From contig OY776562.1 of the NCBI GenBank assembly GCA_963675785.1, positions 2,624,001-2,688,000 of the forward strand: a DNA stretch of 64,000 nt, written 5' to 3'. A program made the position numbers and the translations under genes. Positions 17,201 through 26,671 of this stretch are shown piece after piece; positions within the stretch are counted from its first letter, which is position 1; every line of letters starts with the position of its first letter. The notes under the pieces are model-generated. The model saw only the letters and a program-made list of their open reading frames with translations. It was not told where the DNA came from and did not search any database. This DNA is from Anaerolineae bacterium. GTDB taxonomy: Bacteria > Chloroflexota > Anaerolineae > UBA1429.

Positions 17201-18922
17201 ATGACGCATACTGATTTCGTATTCCGAATCGGAGGCGAGGCGGGCCAGGGCGTGGAATCCAGTGGTGCAGGATTCGCTACTGCATTTACACGCGCCGGAT
17301 TACACGTCGTTGCCGTCCCCGATTACTATTCCCGAATCCGCGGCGGGCACAACTTTTTTTCGATCCGTGTCAGCCCAGAACCTATCTATGGCCTCATCGA
17401 ACGCGTAGATATTCTCATTGCCCTCACCGATGAGACAATCGAAAGACATCTGGAGGCGATGGCCGAGGGTGGCATCATCATCTTGGATGACCAATCCCAA
17501 GTGAGTGGTGAGAGCATCCCCGCCAGTGTGACCCTGCTCAGGGCACCGCTCAATGAGATCGCTGAAAAACACGGCGCCGCCGTCATGGCCAATACAGCAG
17601 CAGTGGCGGTCGCTGCAGGCTTGGTCGATTTCGACCTCGACTACCTCAAGGGCGTCGTTCGCGATAACTTTGGCAGCAAGGGAGAGGCTATAGTTGACGC
17701 CAACCTTGCCGTCCTTACCGATGCCTATCAGTGGGTAAAAGAACAGGCCTCCTTTGGGCGCACGCTCAAACCACAGGAATCGCCCAAGCGCATTGCCTGC
17801 AACGGCAATGAAGCCTTTGCCATGGGGGCACTTACCGCCGGCTGCAAGTTTGTGGCTGCCTACCCCATGACACCAGCCACCAGTGTGTTCGAATATATGT
17901 GCAAACATGCCGCCAAGTGGGGCATTGCCACAAAACACGCCGAAAGCGAAATTGCAGCCATTAACATGTGCATTGGCGCGGCTCACGCCGGCGCTCGCGC
18001 TATGGCTCCCACATCCGGCGGCGGGTTTGACCTGATGACCGAGGGATTGAGCCTGGCTGGCATGACTGAGACGCCCTTGGTGATCTACTTGGCCCAGCGC
18101 CCTGGCCCAGCCACAGGTTTGGCCACACGCACCGCTCAAACAGATCTCAACCTGGCCATGTATGCCGGACACGGCGAATTTCCTCGAGTCATTATGGCTC
18201 CGGGTACGCCCGAACAGGCCTTTGACTGCGCTCATCGCGCTTTCAACATTGCTGAAAAGTACCAGTGTCAGGTCATCGTCCTCTCGGACCAGTATCTGGC
18301 CAGTAGTATCTTTTCGCAGGATCGTTCGGCGTTTAACGTCACCTCGCCCATCATCGACCGCGGCAAGCTGCTTTCGGCGGAAGAAGTTGAAGCGACGGAT
18401 GAGTACAAGCGTTACGCTTTGACTGAAGATGGCGTATCACCCCGTGCACTACCAGGTTCCAGTCCAAAGACTGTTTATCTGGCCACAGGCAACGAACACC
18501 GCGAGGATGGGCATATCACCGAGGATGCCAGCTTGGCCGAAGCAATGACCTTGAAACGCAACAAAAAGCTGGAAGGAATCGCCACCGAGATGCAGGCGCC
18601 TACGCTGTATGGCGATCCTGATGCCGAGTTAACGCTTGTAGGCTGGGGTTCGACCTGCGGCGCCCTTGTCGAAGTCGTCGATATACTCAACGCAAAAGGC
18701 AAAGCAACCCGTCTGGTGCACTTTTGCGATATATGGCCCTTTCCCGCAAATGCACGAAAGATTTTGGGCGATAAAGCCGTCATTGTCGTAGAGCAGAACG
18801 TACACGGGCAATTCGAAACGCTGCTCAAACAGGCAACAGGTATCACTGTCAAAGGTCATATTCATCGTGTTGACGGCCGGCCCTTTACAGTCGAGTACAT
18901 TCTGCGGGAACTGGAGGCATAA
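17201..18922 (+). CDS. 2-oxoacid:ferredoxin oxidoreductase, fused gamma-alpha subunit
   Basis: GGEAGQGV, IRGGHN, YPMTPAT, ESEIAA, QRPGPATGL. Confidence 0.93.
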   Translation: MTHTDFVFRIGGEAGQGVESSGAGFATAFTRAGLHVVAVPDYYSRIRGGHNFFSIRVSPEPIYGLIERVDILIALTDETIERHLEAMAEGGIIILDDQSQVSGESIPASVTLLRAPLNEIAEKHGAAVMANTAAVAVAAGLVDFDLDYLKGVVRDNFGSKGEAIVDANLAVLTDAYQWVKEQASFGRTLKPQESPKRIACNGNEAFAMGALTAGCKFVAAYPMTPATSVFEYMCKHAAKWGIATKHAESEIAAINMCIGAAHAGARAMAPTSGGGFDLMTEGLSLAGMTETPLVIYLAQRPGPATGLATRTAQTDLNLAMYAGHGEFPRVIMAPGTPEQAFDCAHRAFNIAEKYQCQVIVLSDQYLASSIFSQDRSAFNVTSPIIDRGKLLSAEEVEATDEYKRYALTEDGVSPRALPGSSPKTVYLATGNEHREDGHITEDASLAEAMTLKRNKKLEGIATEMQAPTLYGDPDAELTLVGWGSTCGALVEVVDILNAKGKATRLVHFCDIWPFPANARKILGDKAVIVVEQNVHGQFETLLKQATGITVKGHIHRVDGRPFTVEYILRELEA

Positions 18923-18924
18923 TC

Positions 18925-19797
18925 ATGGCAACGGCAAAGGATTTCTCCAACGACATTCGGCCGACCTGGTGCCCCGGTTGTGGTGACTATGGCATTTGGA
19001 ACGCCCTAAAGCGCGCCCTGCCCGAAGCTGGCTTGGAGCCCCACACTGTGATGATGGTGACAGGCATTGGCTGCGGCAGCAAAATGAACGACTATTTGCA
19101 CATCAATGGCTTGCACACCCTGCATGGACGGGCTCTACCCGTAGCAACCGGCTACAAACTGGCTCACCACGACATGACCGTAGTATGCGTGCATGGCGAT
19201 GGTGACGGTTATGGCATGGGCGGCAATCACTTTCTCCATGCCGTACGCCGCAATATCGGCCTGGTGGATATTGTGGAAAACAACCACGTCTACGGCCTTA
19301 CCAAAGGCCAGTATTCACCCACCAGCCGACCAGGCTTTGTTACCAAAACATCGCCAGAGGGCACAATTGATCGGCCCGAAAACTCGTTGGCCCTGGCTCT
19401 CTCGCAAGGGGCAACCTTTGTAGCGCGCACTTTTACCCTCGATCTCAAGCACATGATCGCGGTAATGGTAGCGGCAATGAATCACCGCGGCTATGCCTTG
19501 GTGGATGTGATGCAGCCTTGTGTGAGTTTCAACCGCGGTATGGACTATGATTGGTACAAAGACCGCGTTTACAAGGTCGATGAAGAAGGTCATGATCCCA
19601 AGGATCGCATGATGGCTATGGCACGTGCCTGGGAGTTTCCTGGTGAGGGAAGAATCCCCATTGGTATTCTCTATCAAACTGAAGACATTCCGACGTATGA
19701 AGAGCAGGTTCCAGCTCTAGAGCGCGGCCCTCTTTGGCAGCAGCCGCTGAGGGAAGATCCGGCCAAGTACAAAGCCCTGCTCGACGAACTATCCTAA
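18925..19797 (+). CDS. 2-oxoacid:ferredoxin oxidoreductase beta subunit (TPP-binding)
   Basis: WCPGCGD, GIGC, LHGRA, GDGD...NHVYGLTKGQYSPT, QPCVSFN. Confidence 0.94.
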   Translation: MATAKDFSNDIRPTWCPGCGDYGIWNALKRALPEAGLEPHTVMMVTGIGCGSKMNDYLHINGLHTLHGRALPVATGYKLAHHDMTVVCVHGDGDGYGMGGNHFLHAVRRNIGLVDIVENNHVYGLTKGQYSPTSRPGFVTKTSPEGTIDRPENSLALALSQGATFVARTFTLDLKHMIAVMVAAMNHRGYALVDVMQPCVSFNRGMDYDWYKDRVYKVDEEGHDPKDRMMAMARAWEFPGEGRIPIGILYQTEDIPTYEEQVPALERGPLWQQPLREDPAKYKALLDELS

Positions 19798-19810
19798 GGG
19801 AGTAAACACC

Positions 19811-20323
19811 ATGACGGTGACTGTCTATTCAACCCCGACCTGCCCGTATTGCGTGCAGGTCAAGCGATATCTGGAACAAAAGGGCATCACGTATAACGAC
19901 ATTGACGTATCGCGCGACTCGACGGCGGCCGCAGAAATGGTGCGCATCTCGGGTCAGCGCGGAGTTCCTGTGACAGTGATCGATGAACACTTTGTTGTGG
20001 GATTCGATCCTTCCCAACTGGACCAACTGCTTTCCAGCGCCAGACGTCCTCGCCTTGGGGCTGCCATCGCCGACGCTGAAACGATGGCCCAACAGGGCAA
20101 ATGCGTCGAAACAGTGGGCGCCTATGTGGGCGCTGTCCGCCCAGAATCTGTTGCCGGACGCGCCAGCATAAAACCGGGCGATGTCATCATCTCCATAGCT
20201 GGGCAACCCATAAGGCATGCCAGCGATATAGAAAGGCTGCTACCAAGGATACACCCCGACCAGCGCGTGCCGCTTATCCTCATTCGGGGAGACCAGCAGC
20301 AAGAAGTGTACCTCCGTTTCTAG
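19811..20323 (+). CDS. Glutaredoxin (YruB/NrdH-like) fused to a PDZ domain
   Basis: CPYC, SGQRGVPV, GFD; then RLGA...GAYVG.V...S.A.RA.IKPGDVI. Confidence 0.85.
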   Translation: MTVTVYSTPTCPYCVQVKRYLEQKGITYNDIDVSRDSTAAAEMVRISGQRGVPVTVIDEHFVVGFDPSQLDQLLSSARRPRLGAAIADAETMAQQGKCVETVGAYVGAVRPESVAGRASIKPGDVIISIAGQPIRHASDIERLLPRIHPDQRVPLILIRGDQQQEVYLRF

Positions 20324-20343
20324 CACCCAAAGGGGGGAAAACA

Positions 20344-20835
20344 ATGGCAGAGATCAGCACAGATTGTTGGGCACTCAACCAAGCACTGGAACTGGAACAA
20401 GAGGGCTATGACTTTTATCAGCGAATGGCAGGCAGCGTAACGGACGCCGCCTGTAAAGACACTTTTGCTTCACTCGCTGACGACGAAAGACACCATGCCG
20501 ATCTGATCACGCAGCAAATCAACCAGATTGAGACCTGTGGCATTTTCGTACGCCTGCCTGGCGTAGAGCCCGTCGATATCGACATCGATGTTCGCCTTTA
20601 CGCTCCGAGCATGGACACCAACAAGGATTTGGGGGAAAAGGCTACGGAAATCCAGGCCATGCACATCGCCCTGGATACTGAAATTCGCACTTATAACATG
20701 TACCGACATGCTGCGGCAAATACCGAGGACAAGGCAGGCCAGGAGATGTACCGTTGGCTGGCCGCAGCGGAACTGACGCATTTCAATTTGCTCATGGCCA
20801 ACTACCAAGCAATGACTGGCCTGGGCTATATCTAG
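20344..20835 (+). CDS. Ferritin-like/rubrerythrin-type diiron protein
   Basis: LEQEGYDFY...DERHH and TEIRTY...AELTH. Confidence 0.85.
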   Translation: MAEISTDCWALNQALELEQEGYDFYQRMAGSVTDAACKDTFASLADDERHHADLITQQINQIETCGIFVRLPGVEPVDIDIDVRLYAPSMDTNKDLGEKATEIQAMHIALDTEIRTYNMYRHAAANTEDKAGQEMYRWLAAAELTHFNLLMANYQAMTGLGYI

Positions 20836-20855
20836 TATCGAAAGGAACTGCCTTC

Positions 20856-21383
20856 ATGGATAAGCAAGCTGCTTTGGATGTCATCAAGAGGGGCATGTCC
20901 ACCGAGATCTGGGGGCTGCGCTTTTACGAACAGGCCGTTGCCCGCACCAAAGATGAGATGGGTAAGCAGGTCTTCCAGTCGCTCTTGAATGACGAAGAAG
21001 AACACCTAACCATTCTGCGTGGCGAATATGCCTCAATAGAATGCAATAGTTGCTGGATCAGCCGTGACCAAGCCGTCAAAATGGCTGAACAGGTTGAACC
21101 CACCGATATCTTCCCGGATGCCAAGAGCGCCGAACAGCTCATCCCCGAGGGTGCCTCTGACGAGGATGCGCTCAAGATGGCCCTTGATTTTGAAAGGCGC
21201 GGCTATGACATGTATGCCGAGCAGGCAGACAAGGCTACTTCAGCAGATGCCAAAAAGATGTGGGGCTACCTTGCCAAAGCAGAAAACGCTCACTATGCCT
21301 ATCTCGACAAGAGCCTTGATTTTCTTGCCTCAAATGGTGTTTGGTATTTCGACGAGAATGAACTGCCCTTCTTTGAAGGCTGA
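20856..21383 (+). CDS. Ferritin-like/rubrerythrin-type diiron protein
   Basis: TEIWGLRFY...DEEEH and FERRGYDMY...AENAH; aromatic tail WYFDENELPFFEG. Confidence 0.85.
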   Translation: MDKQAALDVIKRGMSTEIWGLRFYEQAVARTKDEMGKQVFQSLLNDEEEHLTILRGEYASIECNSCWISRDQAVKMAEQVEPTDIFPDAKSAEQLIPEGASDEDALKMALDFERRGYDMYAEQADKATSADAKKMWGYLAKAENAHYAYLDKSLDFLASNGVWYFDENELPFFEG

Positions 21384-21394
21384 TTCGGCTCAAC

Positions 21395-21426
21395 AAAAAA
21401 GGGGCGGCAAATTGCCGCCCCTTTTT
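21395..21426. terminator. Bidirectional intrinsic terminator
   Basis: AAAAAA-GGGGCGGCAA-A-TTGCCGCCCC-TTTTT. Confidence 0.85.
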
Positions 21427-21433
21427 ACTTTTG

Positions 21434-22114
21434 TCAGCCCTTGCTGGGAATGTACTGGGCTATCTTGGCGGCGAGATTGGAGAGAGGCATACTCTGCAGC
21501 CAGATCTTGCCCGGGCCTTTGAGCGTAGCCAGAAAGAGGCCTTCGCCCGAGAAAAGCATGTTGGTAACACCCTTGACCGTGGTAATGTCGTAATCCACAG
21601 AAGGCTCGTACATGGCGATATGTCCTGGATCCACACGCATCACTTCGCCAGCAGTCAGGTCATATTCACGTACATCGCCGGCCATCTCGATGAACACAAC
21701 GCCCGGGCCCGTTATCTTTTGCAGAATAAAACCCTCGCCGCCGAAAAAACCAGTGCCAAGACGCTTGCGGAAATGCATCTCAATTTTGACCGAAGTTTCG
21801 GCCGCCATAAATGCATCCTTCTGGGCGATGATGCTCTGGCCTGCGGCAAGCTCCATGGCCATCACAGTGCCCGGCGCCTCTGGCGTAAAGGTTACCACGC
21901 CCTCGGCACTACGGCAGGTGTAGGTGGTCATGAACAATGACTCACCAGCCAACTTGCGACCCAGGCCTGCGAGCAAACCGCCTTGTGTGCCAGTATTCAT
22001 ATCGATATTGCCGCGCATCCAAGCCATGCCACCACGCTCGGTATATATCGCTTCTCCCCCCTCGAGGATCACGTCAACCGAAGGCAATGTTTCTCCATGA
22101 ATTTCATAACGCAT
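21434..22114 (-). CDS. AIM24 / TIGR00266 family protein
   Basis: GESLFM, FGGEGFILQK..GPG, GEGLF.A.L.GPGKIWLQSMP. Confidence 0.92.
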   Translation of the reverse strand: MRYEIHGETLPSVDVILEGGEAIYTERGGMAWMRGNIDMNTGTQGGLLAGLGRKLAGESLFMTTYTCRSAEGVVTFTPEAPGTVMAMELAAGQSIIAQKDAFMAAETSVKIEMHFRKRLGTGFFGGEGFILQKITGPGVVFIEMAGDVREYDLTAGEVMRVDPGHIAMYEPSVDYDITTVKGVTNMLFSGEGLFLATLKGPGKIWLQSMPLSNLAAKIAQYIPSKG

Positions 22115-22236
22115 GATCTTCCTCCCCTTTTATGTGGTTAAAAGATAGTAGATTTCACTATCTCTACGCCATAGTAAGTCATTCGGTTCGGCAAAAAAGA
22201 AAGCGAGCCTGTATCAACTACAGAACTCGCCTAGAG

Positions 22237-22309
22237 AGCCACCCTCGAGAGTTGAACTCGAAACCTGACACTTACGAAGCGCCTGCTCTGCCGATTGAGC
22301 TAGGGTGGC
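22237..22309 (-). tRNA. tRNA-Thr (CGT)
   Basis: Reverse complement GCCACCCTAGCTCAATCGGCAGAGCAGGCGCTT-CGT-AAGTGTCAGGTTTCGAGTTCAACTCTCGAGGGTGGCT; no encoded CCA. Confidence 0.92.
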
Positions 22310-22520
22310 ATACGAACGCGAGCAGTATATCATTAGCAACTTTTAGCGTCAAATGCATAGACGACCAAGCCTTGGCCATTCAGTGTCGCTTTGGCAGGGT
22401 ACAGGGGCCCAAGCTATAATCCAAAGAACAAATACTGCATCACTTGCGTCCATATCCCGGATAGTATGCCCAAAGGCATCTGGGATTCTCGATACCGCGC
22501 CATAGCCCAGGGGGTTCAGA

Positions 22521-25500
22521 TTGCACAAACAAGGCAGGCGTCAAGACCTGATCATCATCGCACTCTACATTCTATTGCCCATCTTGTTCCTCTGGCCCGT
22601 AACTATTGGCGGCCAGACCATGGTACCTGCCGACAATGTGTTTGTGTGGGAGCCATGGGCTAGCTATGCCGATGAAGCCGGCGTGGATACACCACAAAAC
22701 GATCTCCTCAGCGATCTGTACCTCGAGAACTATGCCTGGAAAGAATTTATCTCTGAATCTGTGCACAACCTCGAACTGCCCCTGTGGAATCCCTATATCT
22801 TTGGCGGTATGCCTTTTCTGGCCGGAGGGCAACATTCGGCCATGTATCCGCTCTCGATCTTGTTTTACGTGATCCCCGTAGCTCATGCCTACGGCTGGTT
22901 TGCGGCACTGCACCTTGCCCTGGCGGGCGCTTTTGTCTATCTGTTCTGTAGAACCTTACGGCTGGAACGCGGCGCCTCGTTCCTCGGCGGCCTAGCCTTT
23001 ATGTTTGGCGGATTCATGGTGATACGCAACGTCTTTCCCATGATCATTGCCGCCGCGGTTTGGCTGCCTTTTGTGCTGGCCATGATCGAGCTGATCATTC
23101 GCAAAGCCGAGGAACAGGAGACACGTACGCTTAGCCTGCTGCCCTATGCCATTCTGGGAGCCATTGGCTATGGCATGGTACTGCTGGCCGGTCACCCCGA
23201 AATGTACTATTACATCGCCTTGGCCTCGGTCACCTACGCTTTGTTCCGGCTGAGCCTGTACATTCATCGACAAAAGGGCAATCCGCGCCGTTGGAAGATC
23301 GGTGCCAAGCTGGGGTTGGTGCTCGTTTGTATGGCTGGCGTGGGCGTCGGCCTGGGCGCCGCCCAGTTACTGCCTCTCTACGAGTTGGTACAAACCAACT
23401 TTCGTTCTGGTTCGGCCAGTTTTCAAGAAGTGCTCAGTTGGGCCTACCCCATCCGGCGTGTCATCTCGCTCTTTATCCCCAACTTTTTCGGCAATCCCTC
23501 TGCCCACAGCTACTATGATCTCTTTACCGGCTCAACCGTCTCGGTAACAGTCAACGCCCTGGGCGAACAGATTGATAGCATCTATTGGGGCATCAAGAAC
23601 TATGTCGAAGGGGCCAGCTATATCGGCATTCTGCCCGCACTACTGGCTCTCATCGGCCTCATTAAAAGCAAAGACAAGAAAAAGTGGTTTTTTGCCGTCT
23701 ATGCGGCGCTCTCACTGCTATTCATGTTCGGCACGCCGCTCTACTATCTGGTTTACAAGCTACCCGGGCTCAATCAGGTGCATTCGCCCTTTAGATGGGT
23801 CTACACCTACAGTCTGTTCATTGCCATCCTTGTGGCCTACGGCGCCCATAGCATTATCACCCGCATTAAAGGAGCCGATGAACCACAAGGCAAACGCTTT
23901 TGGCAGGTGTTGGCAGACAAGATCATCCCCTGGGCAGCCGTCATCGGTGGCGGTGTTGGTATCATCGGCCTGGGCGTCTCCCTTCTATTCAAAGAGCAGG
24001 TAGCCCAGCTCGCCGAAAAGGTCATGTATCAGCTCACGTTTGCCACCAATGCCTTTAGCGATGGCGCCATGTTCTACTCTTACGAGTTCCCCCAGTTCCT
24101 GCTCTTTTTCAGTGCCCTGTTGCTTGGTGGCCTGCTGTTGTTGCTGAGAAAACGCTTCAAACGGCCCTTCGTCTGGGTAGCGCTGGCAGCGACCGTCATT
24201 TGCGGTGAGTTATGGGCCATCGGCATGCCATTTTTCACCCACGTGGACGCCGATCTGGTGGCCTATGAGACTCCAGCCATCGAGTTCCTGCAACAGGATG
24301 ATGACCTTTTCCGCATCACCACCCTCAACAGCGGTGATGAAAAAACGCTCAACGCCAATATGGCCATGATCTATGGCCTGTACGACATACGCGGCTATGA
24401 TTCCATCATTTCCAAGCAATACGTGAACTATATGTCATTACTCAGTCCGCAATTCGAGCTGGACTATAACCGCATCGCGCCGCTCACCACGGATTACCTG
24501 GAAGCACTCGATTCGCCTCTGCTCGATGCGCTCAATGTTAAATATGTGCTCACTGCAGCCGACCGCACCATCGATAATGAGAACTACCAACTGGTATACG
24601 ACGGCGAGATTCGCATTTATGAGAACCTAGATGCCATGCCTCGCGCCTACCTGGTTTCGAATGCAGTCATCGTCAATAACGAAGAAGGGCTGGAAACAGC
24701 CTTGCTGAACCTTGATCCGAAAACCACCGTTGTCCTTGAAGGACAGCCCGATATGGTCATCGAGGCCAGCGAGACGGTGGGCCAGGTTACCCACATCGAT
24801 TACACCGCCAACGAGGTAACCATTACCGTGCACACGGATGCACCGTCCTATTTGGTGCTGGCCGATACCTACTTTGATGGTTGGAAAGCCTACATCCGCG
24901 AAGCAGGATGCACCAATACCGATGATTGTGAAACCGAGCTTGGCATCTATCGGGCCAACGGCAATTTTAGGGCTGTTACGGTGCCCGCCGGCGAATATGT
25001 GATCCGCTTTAAATATTCGCCCATGACTATCAAGATTGGCCTATATGTCACTTTTGTTGCTTTAGTTATCCTTTTATTGGCTTTTTTACTCTGGCTAGGG
25101 CAACGCTATTACCGCAACCCTGAAGATGCTGAGGACGTGACGAGGGTCTCGCGCAACGCCGTGACACCCATGCTGCTGCAACTGCTCAACAAAATCGTCG
25201 ACATGGTTTTTGCCATGCTCATGCTACGCATCCTGGGCCCGACGGAGAACGGCGAATATGCATTGGCCATCGTCATCATCGGCTGGTTCGATATCCTCAC
25301 CAACTTTGGGCTGAACCCCTTGCTCATGCGCGAGATCGCCCGAGATCGTTCCAGTGCCAACAAACTGTTGAGCAACGCCACAGCTCTACGTCTGCTGCTT
25401 TCTGTAGCGTCCGTTCCAGTACTGGGGGCCTTTATCTGGTTGCGGCAGGGCACATCGCCGCTGCCCACGGGCACGATTATGGCTCTCGGGCTCTTTGCCC

Positions 25501-26624
25501 TTGGGATGCTGCCCTCGAACATCGCCTCTGGCTTTGCCGCCGTTTTCCAAGGGTACGAACGCATGGAGATTCCCGCGTTCATTTCCACCGTATCCACCGT
25601 CATCAAGGTGACGCTGGGAGCCATGGTGCTGCTGGCCGGCATGAGCTATGTAGGGCTGGCAGGGGTCTCAATTGCGACCAACATCGCCACAGCGATCATG
25701 TTGGCCGTGCTCATGCGTCGATTGCTTTTCCGTCCACACGCCGAATTCGACTGGTCGATACAAAAATGGATGTTCAAGCAGTCATACCCGCTGATGATCA
25801 ACAACCTGCTGGCCACCCTGTTCTTCAAAGTGGCAGTCGTGCTGTTAGAGTGGATCCTGGCTGATTCGACGGTGGTAGGCTGGTATAACGCCGCCTATAA
25901 ATATGTGGATGCCGTACAGATCGTGCCGGCCTATCTGACCATGGCCGTGTTCCCGGTCATGTCGCGCTATGCGGTAGATGCCAAAGAATCGCTCATCAAA
26001 GCCTACCGCCTGAGCTGCAAAGTGCTGCTCCTGGTGGCCATTCCCGGGGCACTCATTGCCTGGGCCCTGGCCACGCCGCTCATTAGCATCCTGGCAGGCA
26101 GTGAATTCCTGCCAGAATCAGCAAGCATTTTGAGTGTGATGATCTGGTACATGCCCTTTGGTTTTCTCAACTCGGTGACTCAATATGTACTCATCGCTCT
26201 CAACCGTCAGAACTATCTCACGCGGGCTTTTGCCATCGGGCTGACCTTTAACCTCGTCGCCAACCTGATCCTGATCAACCAGTTTGGGTATATGGCCTCG
26301 GCTTGGGTAACCATCGCCTCAGAGATCGTGCTGCTTGTTCCATTTACCATCGGCATCAATCGCTATCTTGAACACATCTCCTGGTTCGAGATGCTCTGGC
26401 GGCACGTTGTAGCCGCTCTGCCGCTCATTACCGCCGTCACACTGCTGGATTCCAGCTATCGCTTTTGGAGCGTGTTGATCGGATTGGTCGTCTACGGCGT
26501 GCTCCTCAAGGTACTCAAGGTCTTTAACACGCAAGAAACCGCCGCTCTGGGACGCGTCATTAATCTAGACAAGCTCCGCAATAAAGGGCGGGGACTGTTG
26601 CATAGAATCTTTGACCACGCCTGA
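22521..26624 (+). CDS. YfhO-like GT-C membrane protein fused to a Wzx/MOP-type oligosaccharide flippase
   Basis: N-terminal LPLWNPY..GMPFLA, extracytoplasmic MPRAY...DTYFDGWKA...NGNFRAV.VPAG; C-terminal ~480 aa multi-TM with NFGL...REIAR, VGWYNAAY, AVFP.MSR. Confidence 0.8.
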   Translation: MHKQGRRQDLIIIALYILLPILFLWPVTIGGQTMVPADNVFVWEPWASYADEAGVDTPQNDLLSDLYLENYAWKEFISESVHNLELPLWNPYIFGGMPFLAGGQHSAMYPLSILFYVIPVAHAYGWFAALHLALAGAFVYLFCRTLRLERGASFLGGLAFMFGGFMVIRNVFPMIIAAAVWLPFVLAMIELIIRKAEEQETRTLSLLPYAILGAIGYGMVLLAGHPEMYYYIALASVTYALFRLSLYIHRQKGNPRRWKIGAKLGLVLVCMAGVGVGLGAAQLLPLYELVQTNFRSGSASFQEVLSWAYPIRRVISLFIPNFFGNPSAHSYYDLFTGSTVSVTVNALGEQIDSIYWGIKNYVEGASYIGILPALLALIGLIKSKDKKKWFFAVYAALSLLFMFGTPLYYLVYKLPGLNQVHSPFRWVYTYSLFIAILVAYGAHSIITRIKGADEPQGKRFWQVLADKIIPWAAVIGGGVGIIGLGVSLLFKEQVAQLAEKVMYQLTFATNAFSDGAMFYSYEFPQFLLFFSALLLGGLLLLLRKRFKRPFVWVALAATVICGELWAIGMPFFTHVDADLVAYETPAIEFLQQDDDLFRITTLNSGDEKTLNANMAMIYGLYDIRGYDSIISKQYVNYMSLLSPQFELDYNRIAPLTTDYLEALDSPLLDALNVKYVLTAADRTIDNENYQLVYDGEIRIYENLDAMPRAYLVSNAVIVNNEEGLETALLNLDPKTTVVLEGQPDMVIEASETVGQVTHIDYTANEVTITVHTDAPSYLVLADTYFDGWKAYIREAGCTNTDDCETELGIYRANGNFRAVTVPAGEYVIRFKYSPMTIKIGLYVTFVALVILLLAFLLWLGQRYYRNPEDAEDVTRVSRNAVTPMLLQLLNKIVDMVFAMLMLRILGPTENGEYALAIVIIGWFDILTNFGLNPLLMREIARDRSSANKLLSNATALRLLLSVASVPVLGAFIWLRQGTSPLPTGTIMALGLFALGMLPSNIASGFAAVFQGYERMEIPAFISTVSTVIKVTLGAMVLLAGMSYVGLAGVSIATNIATAIMLAVLMRRLLFRPHAEFDWSIQKWMFKQSYPLMINNLLATLFFKVAVVLLEWILADSTVVGWYNAAYKYVDAVQIVPAYLTMAVFPVMSRYAVDAKESLIKAYRLSCKVLLLVAIPGALIAWALATPLISILAGSEFLPESASILSVMIWYMPFGFLNSVTQYVLIALNRQNYLTRAFAIGLTFNLVANLILINQFGYMASAWVTIASEIVLLVPFTIGINRYLEHISWFEMLWRHVVAALPLITAVTLLDSSYRFWSVLIGLVVYGVLLKVLKVFNTQETAALGRVINLDKLRNKGRGLLHRIFDHA

Positions 26625-26671
26625 GGCAATGGCTAGAATGTGCCCCAGACTAAATTGCAGGGAGGCAAAAC

